This document shows, piece after piece, positions 36,655 to 45,553 of a DNA stretch of 64,000 nucleotides (its first letter is position 1; each line of letters opens with the position of its first letter). A program made the position numbers and the translations under genes. The stretch is from Bryobacterales bacterium. GTDB lineage: Bacteria > Acidobacteriota > Terriglobia > Bryobacterales > UBA6623. Under the pieces are notes generated by a model. The model saw nothing but the letters and a program-made list of their open reading frames with translations. It ran no database searches and was not told the DNA's origin. The stretch is taken from NCBI GenBank assembly GCA_965216545.1, contig OZ244172.1:4841997-4905996 (forward strand), in the 5' to 3' direction.

Positions 36655-37209
36655 CTACGCCCGCCCGGCGTAGGCGCCATCGGCGGTGTTGACCTTGATG
36701 ACCTCGCCCTCTTTGATGAACGGCGGTACTTGCACCACCAGGCCCGTTTCGAGCTTGGCCGGCTTGTTGACGTTGGTCACCGTCGCGCCCTTGATCGCCG
36801 GCTCGGTCTCGACAACCTTTAGGTCCATCTGCGTCGGCAGGTCGATGCTCAACGGGGCCTCCTCGTAGAACTGCACCGACACCTTGGTATTCGGCGGCAG
36901 GTAGTAAATCTGGTCGCCCAACTGTTCCCTCGCGATCCCGAGCTGTTCGAACGTCTCGGTATTCATGAAGTAGTACTGATCGCCGTCGTCGTAGAGATAC
37001 TCCATCTCCTGCGTCTCGAGTGTCACGCGCTCGAGCTGATCCTCCGAAGCGAATCGCGTGTCGACCAGGGCGCCTGTTCGCATGTTGCGCAGCCAAGCCC
37101 GCACGAAGCCGCGCAAGTTGCCCGGCGTCCGATGCTCGACCTTGTGGACCGACACCAGGTCGTCGTTGAACTTGATCAGCATGCCTGGGCGGAGTTGTGT
37201 CGCTTGCAC
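36655..37209 (-). CDS. efp: elongation factor P
   Basis: Aligns along its full length without gaps to E. coli EF-P as I remember it: LRPGMLIKFNDDLVSVHKVEHRTPGNLRGFVRAWLRNMRTG...YYFMNTETFEQL...VETEPAIKGATV...KPAKLETG..VQVPPFIKEGEVIKVNT. GTG start. Confidence 0.92.
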   Translation of the reverse strand: MQATQLRPGMLIKFNDDLVSVHKVEHRTPGNLRGFVRAWLRNMRTGALVDTRFASEDQLERVTLETQEMEYLYDDGDQYYFMNTETFEQLGIAREQLGDQIYYLPPNTKVSVQFYEEAPLSIDLPTQMDLKVVETEPAIKGATVTNVNKPAKLETGLVVQVPPFIKEGEVIKVNTADGAYAGRA

Positions 37210-37330
37210 TTCGAGGAACGGCTCCCTTTTTCGGTGAACGGAAGGACGACGATTCGAGGGCTAGAGCGCCGTCCAGCTTTCGAGTATATCAGCGGCGGCG
37301 GACCCGTCCGTCGGGCGCCGCTGTCGTATC

Positions 37331-37984
37331 TCAGACCAGCGCCGCCAGGGTCTCTCGCGCACACCCGATTACACTACTCCAAGCCTCCCGGCCATACCAC
37401 TCTGCTCGCAATCGTGCGAGCGCACTTTGAAAATGAGGCAGACACTCGGCGACCCGCCGGGGGGAAACCGGGACGGGAGGCGACGCCCGCTCCGAGAGCC
37501 AGCCCATCGACGCGGCAACGATGTCTTCCGGGCTGCCATCGTAGGGCTCGAGATCGAAGCCGCCGAGGTCCGAGACGTACAGCTTGTAGTCGTGATGCCG
37601 TGGTACGAGTGCGAGCCAACGATGGCTCTCCGCCTTCGGCTTTCCGGCTAGCTCATCCGCGTGGCGCTTCGCCATCGCCATGCCAAGCTCCAGCGGCATG
37701 TTGAAACGCGCCAGATTCGCATCGCCTTCGCCCCGGCATTTCGACAGATCGTGAATGGATAGCCTCGATGTGAAGGTCGCGTCGAGGATCCTCGAGATTC
37801 GCGGGGTCGAAGCGTCGCGACCCTCGAGCGCCGATTTCGGCGAGAGGCCACAGGCTACCACCGCGAGTACCAGCGCGTCGAGGCAAGGCTGGAACGCTTG
37901 GTCGTATGGGCAGTTCAGGAATACGCTCGAATCCGCGGAGGACGGCGACTCCGCGGAGGTCGCGGCGGAGCCGCTACTCGACAC
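37331..37984 (-). CDS. NDT/TIR-like (flavodoxin-fold, ELG motif) protein with unassigned C-terminal region
   Basis: GTG start lies inside the last codons of the upstream TIR gene (11-nt overlap). VFLNCPYDQAFQPCLDALVLAVVACGLSPKSALEG...SIHDLS...RFNMPLELGMAMA. Fold assignment is by pattern only. Confidence 0.55.
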   Translation of the reverse strand: MSSSGSAATSAESPSSADSSVFLNCPYDQAFQPCLDALVLAVVACGLSPKSALEGRDASTPRISRILDATFTSRLSIHDLSKCRGEGDANLARFNMPLELGMAMAKRHADELAGKPKAESHRWLALVPRHHDYKLYVSDLGGFDLEPYDGSPEDIVAASMGWLSERASPPVPVSPRRVAECLPHFQSALARLRAEWYGREAWSSVIGCARETLAALV

Positions 37985-38489
37985 GCTCCGGTTCCCGCGC
38001 CACCGCTTCCCGCTCGATATCCTGGAGCCGCCGTCGCCATTCCTCGACTAGCGGCCTCATCTCCGGACTGTCGGTCGATGTCTCGTTGGCGCCCGGCGCT
38101 TCGAGGATCCGCATGACCTTCTGGGCTGCCCGGGTGATCTCGTCGATGTCGTCTGTCATCTCAACGGCATTCCAAGCGCGAAGGAACATGGCGGGCTGCG
38201 CGCCTCCCAGCATGACAGGGACGATCTTTGCTTCCGGACGTCTAGCCGAATGCTTTGCGGCCTTGCGCCACTCTAGCCTCAGCTGCTCGTCCGGGTCCCC
38301 GCCCGAGCGCACGAGAATGACAAAGGCTTGGGACTCGGATAAGGCCTTCTCGATATCGTCGACCCAATTCTTCCCCCTATACCTGTCGCCAAGAAACACC
38401 TCAGCTCCTTGCCGCTCGAGCTCGTGGGCGAGTCGCTCGGCCTCGGCGCTCGTGCTCCTCCCGTGAGCGATGAATATCCGCGGACTCAT
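37974..38489 (-). CDS. TIR-domain protein (bacterial TIR_2-like)
   Basis: MSPRIFIAHGRSTSAEAERLAHELERQGAEVFLGDRYRGKNWVDDIEKALSESQAFVILVRSG...LRLEW, followed by a C-terminal helical tail. Confidence 0.7.
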   Translation of the reverse strand: MSPRIFIAHGRSTSAEAERLAHELERQGAEVFLGDRYRGKNWVDDIEKALSESQAFVILVRSGGDPDEQLRLEWRKAAKHSARRPEAKIVPVMLGGAQPAMFLRAWNAVEMTDDIDEITRAAQKVMRILEAPGANETSTDSPEMRPLVEEWRRRLQDIEREAVAREPERVE

Positions 38490-38525
38490 ACCCGGCTCGC
38501 GCTCTCAGTATAGATGGGTTTCCGG

Positions 38526-39344
38526 CTAGTTGAGCCCGATCCGTTGGAAGAGCCCAGCCCCCAGCCAATCCCGGAACCAGCCAAACAGGACCTCTCCATC
38601 AAGGAGGCTCGCAGCCAAAGCTTCGCCGAGCGAGGAGCCCTGGGTCAACGTCGACAGCAACTCGAAAGCCGGCTCGTCGAGCGTCAGCCAAAAGACGCGA
38701 TACTCTCGCCGGTAGACCGCCACGCAGGTCCTCGCCTGGGCCGGCGCAGGATAGTCGCGGCCGTCGCGATAGGCTTCCTTGAAGCGATCGACCGGATAGT
38801 CGAAGCTCAGCAGCCGCAGCGCCGCGATCGACTCCAGACGCGCGCCTTCCCAGGCCTGTTCGGCAACTTCGGCGACGGCTTCAGGTCCCAGCGGCGGCGT
38901 CTCGGCCTCGTCGAACACCTCCGTCACCGCAAGCTCAAAGCGCGCCAAGTCGTGCAGCAAGCCCTGATGCTCGAAGCTCGGCAGCGAGGCGACGTAGTCC
39001 GGCAGATGATCGCCCAGCCGATTGAGCGTATAGCTCCGCGATGGATATTCCCGCACGTAGCCCCTCGCAAGGCGCGCGAACTGCGCTTCGCCAAGCCAAT
39101 CGCGCGTAACCGGGTAATCGGACTCGAGCGCCTCCTGCAGCCGCAGCAGGTACATCCCGCGGTAGACCCCTGCGCGCTCGGCCGAGGTCATCGTTCGCGA
39201 GGCCGTCACCAGCTCCGAGACGTCGCCGGCAAACTCGTTCGCTACGGTCTCCGAAGCGAGCGCCTCCTCGTCGGTCTGCTCGGGCGAGACGATGAACGCC
39301 TGCAGCCAACGCTGCGTGCGAGCCAGGTCGAGCTCAGCCGGCAT
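38526..39344 (-). CDS. DUF2063-family RiPP maturation partner (BufC/HvfC-like)
   Basis: ORF 38526..39407. The ATG at 39344 overlaps the DUF692 stop by 11 nt. LQAFIVSPE...[33 protein letters not shown] is typical of DUF2063 N-terminal domains. Confidence 0.8.
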   Translation of the reverse strand: MPAELDLARTQRWLQAFIVSPEQTDEEALASETVANEFAGDVSELVTASRTMTSAERAGVYRGMYLLRLQEALESDYPVTRDWLGEAQFARLARGYVREYPSRSYTLNRLGDHLPDYVASLPSFEHQGLLHDLARFELAVTEVFDEAETPPLGPEAVAEVAEQAWEGARLESIAALRLLSFDYPVDRFKEAYRDGRDYPAPAQARTCVAVYRREYRVFWLTLDEPAFELLSTLTQGSSLGEALAASLLDGEVLFGWFRDWLGAGLFQRIGLN

Positions 39345-40191
39345 GGACGACCGCCTCGGTTTCGGCCGGCTGCACGCGATACAGCGCGGCCTTGCGCGCC
39401 TCCGCATGCACGACTTCGAAGCTTGGGATGTCGGCGTCCCACTCGAGCAGAGTCGGCACGCTGCCGAAGCACTGGTAGGAATGGCGATACAGCTCCCAAA
39501 CCTCGTCGATCACGTGGTCGTCGTGCGTGTCGATGATGTGCGTGCCCTTGTGCGTGTGCCCGGCCAGGTGGTGTTGCACCACCCGGTCGCGCGGCATCGC
39601 ATCGATGTAGTCCCGGGGCTCGAAGCCGTGGTTGAATGCGCTCACGTAGACGTTGTTGACGTCGAGCAGCAGCGCGCAGTCGGCCTCTTCTGCGAGTGTC
39701 GCCAGGAACTCCCACTCCGTCCATGTGGAGTCGGCGAGCTCGAGGTAAGTCGAAGGGTTCTCGAGGGCAATCGGCCGCTCGAGGAAGTCTTGAATCTGAT
39801 TGACCCGGCCGATGACGTGACGCAGCGACTCGTCGGTGTAGGGCATCGGCAACAGATCGTGCACGTTGAGCCCGCTGACACCGGTCCAGCATAGATGGTC
39901 GGAGACCCAGCGCGCGCCGGTGCGCGCCGCCAGCTCCTTGAGCTTGCGCAGATACTCCCTGTCGAGGGGGTCGGTGCTGCCGACCGACATCGAGACGCCG
40001 TGCATCACCACCGGGTAGCGCTCGCACACCTGGTCGAGCACATACATCGGGCGTCCGCCCGTGTCCATGAAATTCTCTGAAAGAATCTCGAACCAATCCA
40101 CCGCCGGACGCTTGGCGAGGATGTGGGGGAAGTGTTTGGTGCGCAGCCCGACGCCGTAGCCCAGGTCCGGCAGGTTCCAGCGGTTTTGCAT
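39334..40191 (-). CDS. DUF692 / MNIO (multinuclear non-heme iron oxidase, MbnB/BufB/HvfB-like) RiPP maturase
   Basis: ATG at 40191: [25 protein letters not shown]...[12 protein letters not shown]...[11 protein letters not shown]...WVSDHLCW...ENPSTYL...[16 protein letters not shown]...HLAGH...IDTHD...TLLEWD. Confidence 0.9.
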   Translation of the reverse strand: MQNRWNLPDLGYGVGLRTKHFPHILAKRPAVDWFEILSENFMDTGGRPMYVLDQVCERYPVVMHGVSMSVGSTDPLDREYLRKLKELAARTGARWVSDHLCWTGVSGLNVHDLLPMPYTDESLRHVIGRVNQIQDFLERPIALENPSTYLELADSTWTEWEFLATLAEEADCALLLDVNNVYVSAFNHGFEPRDYIDAMPRDRVVQHHLAGHTHKGTHIIDTHDDHVIDEVWELYRHSYQCFGSVPTLLEWDADIPSFEVVHAEARKAALYRVQPAETEAVVHAG

Positions 40192-40258
40192 GCGTTCAAC
40201 GTCTCCAGATCGGAGGCGAGCCGGCTCGGCCGGCTCGCCTCCTGGCTGCGTCCAGGGT

Positions 40259-40612
40259 CTACGAGTCCTTGACCGGGACCGCGCAGCCGCCTTGTCCCTT
40301 GCACTCGTTCTTGCCCGCACAATCGTTGTTGGCGGTTTTGCAGCCGCCCTGCCCTTTGCAGTCGTTCTTGCCCGCGCAATCGTGGTGCGCGACGGTCGCG
40401 CAGCCGCCCTGGCCCTTACACTCGTTCTTGCCGCTGCAATCGTGCTTGCCGGCCACGGCGCAGCCGCCCTGGCCTTTGCAATCGTTCATGCCTTTGCAGA
40501 CGTGCTTGTCTCCTTTGGCCTGACCGCTTGCAATCTCGGGTTTGAAGGCCGCGCCGGCTGCCATGCCGGCGACGGCCGCGCTGAGCGCTCGATGGAATTT
40601 TCGACGTGTCAT
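40259..40612 (-). CDS. Cys-rich RiPP precursor, 12 Cys in four tandem repeats (BUF_6/12Cys / HvfA-like), with signal peptide
   Basis: [23 protein letters not shown] is the signal. It is followed by 4 copies of C-x-G-x-N-[DE]-C-K-G-Q-G-G-C: [52 protein letters not shown]. The DNA shows matching repeats of about 60 nt. Confidence 0.8.
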   Translation of the reverse strand: MTRRKFHRALSAAVAGMAAGAAFKPEIASGQAKGDKHVCKGMNDCKGQGGCAVAGKHDCSGKNECKGQGGCATVAHHDCAGKNDCKGQGGCKTANNDCAGKNECKGQGGCAVPVKDS

Positions 40613-40740
40613 GGTCGTACGATGGATCTCCTTTTGGGGTATGGTCGAGCGCCGCTTCGCGAGCTCGGTCTACTGCATCCTTCGGCCGCCTCGTCGTCGA
40701 AGTTATGGGATCGATACCCGTGTAACGGCCGCGAACATGC

Positions 40741-40767
40741 AGAAACGCCGGGTCGAGCGACCCGGCG
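40741..40767 (-). terminator. rho-independent-type terminator after the BON gene
   Basis: Perfect 10-bp stem CGCCGGGTCG / CGACCCGGCG (40746-40767), followed on the minus strand by TTTCT (40745-40741). Confidence 0.55.
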
Positions 40768-40795
40768 TTGCCATCATGCGGCGCTGTGCGCGGCC

Positions 40796-41323
40796 TCAGT
40801 CGCGCACCACCCGCAGATTGTTCGTCACCGAGAACACGCCCGCAACGGCGTTCGTGCGGATCCCCGCCACGTTCTTCTCCGACTCCGAATTCACCGCGCC
40901 TTCCAACGTCACGTCGCCGTTCTCCACGATGATGTGGACTGGCGGCACGGCCTGGATCGCGTAGCGGCTGAACATCGGGTTGTAGTAGATCGCACGATAG
41001 ACGGCGACGCGAATGCGGTCGTCGTTGGGCGACAGCGGCAGCACATCGATCTGGTTGTCCACCGACTCCACGCCCTCCACGTTCTTCACGACCCTCTCGA
41101 TGCTGCGCTTCAGCGTTGGCCGATTGACCTTCCCCATCAGGGTCACTTTGCCATCGTCGACCCGGTACGCAATGTGGTCGAACAGGCTGTAGTAGGGCAA
41201 GGTCACAATCTCTTTGCGGATCTGCGCTTCGACCCGCGTCATTTCGTGGTGGTCCGCCACGGCGGGCGCGGCGAGTGAAAGCGTCAGCGCGAGCGCCCCG
41301 CAGGCGGCAAGTATTCTTTTCAT
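40796..41323 (-). CDS. BON-domain (OsmY-like) periplasmic protein
   Basis: ATG at 41323 preceded by AGGAGGA. Signal MKRILAACGALALTLSLAAPAVA. Two BON-like units (DDGKVTLMGKV...VKNVEGVESVDNQIDV and ENGDVTLEGAV...AVAGVFSVTNNLRV). Confidence 0.85.
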   Translation of the reverse strand: MKRILAACGALALTLSLAAPAVADHHEMTRVEAQIRKEIVTLPYYSLFDHIAYRVDDGKVTLMGKVNRPTLKRSIERVVKNVEGVESVDNQIDVLPLSPNDDRIRVAVYRAIYYNPMFSRYAIQAVPPVHIIVENGDVTLEGAVNSESEKNVAGIRTNAVAGVFSVTNNLRVVRD

Positions 41324-41402
41324 CACGGTCTTCCTCCTCTGTCTCTCTGTTCGATGCTGGCCAACTCCAATGTGTTTCATTCGCTTGCGAGAATGGGAGC
41401 GC

Positions 41403-43196
<1,794 letters not shown>

Positions 43197-43228
43197 CGGG
43201 CAAGGGTGCGGTCAGGCGACAGAGCGCG

Positions 43229-43307
43229 GGTCATGGACGCGACCGCAAGCTGGCGCATGCGGCTCAGCAAGAAATCCGGTCCGAGCCGCATCCCGCCAGG
43301 GTGCGGG
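43229..43307 (+). repeat. dispersed two-hairpin intergenic repeat, copy A
   Basis: GGTCATGGACGCGACCGCAAGCTGGCGCATGCGGCTCAGCAAGAAATCCGGTCCGAGCCGCATCCCGCCAGGGTGCGGG aligns base-for-base with 60761-60839, differing at a handful of positions. Confidence 0.75.
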
Positions 43308-43327
43308 ACGCTACCGCAAGCCGGCCG

Positions 43328-44377
43328 TCACCCGAACACGCTGTGCGCCAGCACCCGAATGCGCCCGTCTCCCCGGCGCTCGACCAGCGTCAGCTCGCCG
43401 TCAGCCTCGATGGCGCCTACGCCGGAGAGATCGCGCGGCGCTTCGACCAAGAACGCCGCGTAGCTCCGCGTCTTCTCTTCGCCGGCGTCGAGGTAGTCCA
43501 GCAGAGGCCGCCCGAAGATCGTGCCCTTCCGGATGAGCGTTGGGAACGGCTGGTGCAGTCCCGTCGTGCCAAACTCCAGTCCGCGCGCCAGCGGCTTACC
43601 GGCCTGCACGTGCCGCCAGATGTTCAGCCAGGGGTACTCGGCCGTTCGCCAAACGTAGCCGAGGATCAGCCCATGCGTCGGGCTGTAGGCGGTGACCCAA
43701 CCCAGCTTCTCGTCGACGACAAACGAGCAGACGTTCGGCTGCGGATCGTCGGTCAGCCGCCGCAGGTCGACTGATGCCGCGTCCCGCAGTGCGACGGGCC
43801 AGACGATCTTCGGCGTCTCGGGATTCGGCGGCGGGCTCGACTGCATGAAGCCCTGGCGGGCGTTCGAGTCGACCAAGGTACGCTCGTCGAGGAACGGCGG
43901 GCCGATGGTCGGGTGCTGCACCATGTTGTAGACTCGCCCCAACGCGTTGCGGTTGGTCACGGTTTCCTCGACCAGGAAGGCTGGGCCGTCGAGCATGCGC
44001 AGCGTCCGCTCGACGGCGAGCCCCGCCATCGGCAACTCGGTCCGCATCGAGCCCGCGCCGGTCTGCTGCCATTCCACTCGCGTCGCCTCGCCGTGGTACG
44101 GCATGCCGTTGGCAAGCTCGGCTGGCGAGGGCTGCCCCCAGCGGTCCAAGCATAGGAAGTGGCTCATCGGTTTCGCCTCGCCGGGCTTGGCGTCGTTGGC
44201 CCAGACCAGCGGATTGACTTGTCCGCCCGCGAGGCGGAAGTCGACGATGGAGCCGCCCAGCAAGTCGACGCTGACGCGCGCTTGCTCGTTGGCGAGCTTC
44301 AAGGTCGGCCGGGCCTGTGCGGCGGCTGGGCGAGCGGCGAGCGCGGCGCCGAGGGCGAGAGCATGGCGGCGGGTCAC
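43328..44377 (-). CDS. exported galactose-mutarotase-like (aldose 1-epimerase superfamily) protein, tentative
   Basis: GTG at 44377 preceded by TAGGAGGAAGCCA. MTRRHALALGAALAARPAAAQA is the signal. The family call is tentative, from all-beta composition and HGE/NMVQHP motifs. Confidence 0.65.
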   Translation of the reverse strand: MTRRHALALGAALAARPAAAQARPTLKLANEQARVSVDLLGGSIVDFRLAGGQVNPLVWANDAKPGEAKPMSHFLCLDRWGQPSPAELANGMPYHGEATRVEWQQTGAGSMRTELPMAGLAVERTLRMLDGPAFLVEETVTNRNALGRVYNMVQHPTIGPPFLDERTLVDSNARQGFMQSSPPPNPETPKIVWPVALRDAASVDLRRLTDDPQPNVCSFVVDEKLGWVTAYSPTHGLILGYVWRTAEYPWLNIWRHVQAGKPLARGLEFGTTGLHQPFPTLIRKGTIFGRPLLDYLDAGEEKTRSYAAFLVEAPRDLSGVGAIEADGELTLVERRGDGRIRVLAHSVFG

Positions 44378-45048
44378 TGGCTTCCTCCTAGCGGGTAATC
44401 CTCTACGGCCATCCCTATTCGCTCCCAATTCACGCCGGCCTCCTCGCCTTCGTCGTCGTGGCGGACCGCAAAGTAGATTCGGGTCGGCTTGGCAAAGATC
44501 AGCTCTTCCGGCAAAAGGCCCCAATAGCGACTGTCGAGCGAGAGGTCGCGATTGTCGCCAAGGACGAAGTAGTGGCCCTGGGGAACCACGAGTTGATCCG
44601 CGTCCACGTGGTTCTCCAGCATGTCGAGCGCGGGGTCGTACATCTGCACGTTCGGCGCGGAAGGGAAGTTGTCGCGGTAGCCGTCTTCGTACTCGGTCTT
44701 GTGGGCGACGTAGGGTTCGTCCATCGGTCGACCGTTGAGGAACAGCGTCTTGTGGCTGATCCGGATACGGTCGCCCGGCACGCCGACGACGCGCTTGATG
44801 TAGACCGCTTCTTCGTCCATCGGGTAGACAAAGATGACGATCTCGCCCCGGCGGATCGTCGTCTCCGCCGGATCGATGTGTTCGGCCAGGATACGGTCTC
44901 CGATCTCGAGTGTCGGCTCCATGCTGCCAGCCGGAATCACAAATGCCTGGTCGCCTGGGATGAGCAGGCCGAGCGGCGACCAGCCGCCGATGCAACTCGT
45001 CATCGCTGCGACGGCGAGAAGCAAGCCGCCCCTACTGCCCCAGCTCAT
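44374..45048 (-). CDS. lepB: signal peptidase I
   Basis: IPAGSMEPTL (catalytic Ser box), YIKRVVGVPGD (Lys box), VLGDNRDLSLDSRYWG. Confidence 0.9.
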   Translation of the reverse strand: MSWGSRGGLLLAVAAMTSCIGGWSPLGLLIPGDQAFVIPAGSMEPTLEIGDRILAEHIDPAETTIRRGEIVIFVYPMDEEAVYIKRVVGVPGDRIRISHKTLFLNGRPMDEPYVAHKTEYEDGYRDNFPSAPNVQMYDPALDMLENHVDADQLVVPQGHYFVLGDNRDLSLDSRYWGLLPEELIFAKPTRIYFAVRHDDEGEEAGVNWERIGMAVEDYPLGGSQ

Positions 45049-45553
45049 GGCAGAAAAAGCACTCGGTCGTCGCGCCTTTCTCGGCGTGACAGTTCATGCA
45101 GGCCGTCATGTTGGTCGAGACTTCCTTGGCCAGCACCTCCCGCGTCGCCACCGGGCCGTGGCACGTCTCGCACGTCTCGCCGGCCTGCACGTGGCGCTTG
45201 TGGTTGAAGAAGACGAAGTCGGGGACGCGGTAGACGCGCACCCATTCGAGCTTTATCTTCTGGTTGGCGAGCATCAGCATCTTCTGGACGTCCGGGCTGT
45301 CGGTGGCAATCGTCTGGTGGCAAAGCAGACAGTCCTTCAACTTCGGCAGTCCCGCGGCGCGCTTCTTCTCCGCGCCGGGATGGCAGTCCAGGCACTCGAG
45401 GCCTTGCTCGGCGTGCGCCTTGTGGTTGAACGGCGCCGGTTGCGGCGGAACCGCCATGGGCAACTGCTCCGGCGGCGGCGTGTAGACGAGCTCGTCCTGC
45501 GCCAGAGCCAGCAATGCGAACAATGCCAGGATCGATAGGGCTCGAAGAGTCAT
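45032..45553 (-). CDS. pentaheme c-type cytochrome (cytochrome c3/NrfB-like)
   Basis: The ATG at 45553 shares one base with the PQQ-dehydrogenase stop. Signal MTLRALSILALFALLALAQ. Five CxxCH motifs: CLDCH, CLLCH, CETCH, CMNCH, CFFCH. Confidence 0.85.
   Translation of the reverse strand: MTLRALSILALFALLALAQDELVYTPPPEQLPMAVPPQPAPFNHKAHAEQGLECLDCHPGAEKKRAAGLPKLKDCLLCHQTIATDSPDVQKMLMLANQKIKLEWVRVYRVPDFVFFNHKRHVQAGETCETCHGPVATREVLAKEVSTNMTACMNCHAEKGATTECFFCHELGQ

Noticed and set aside
40270-40500. Tandem repeats of about 60 nt, and the 10-bp repeats at 34161-34200, considered as a possible CRISPR array.
   Set aside because: The first set is the coding repeat of the Cys-rich precursor. The second has no spacers. 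No repeat-spacer architecture exists anywhere in the window.
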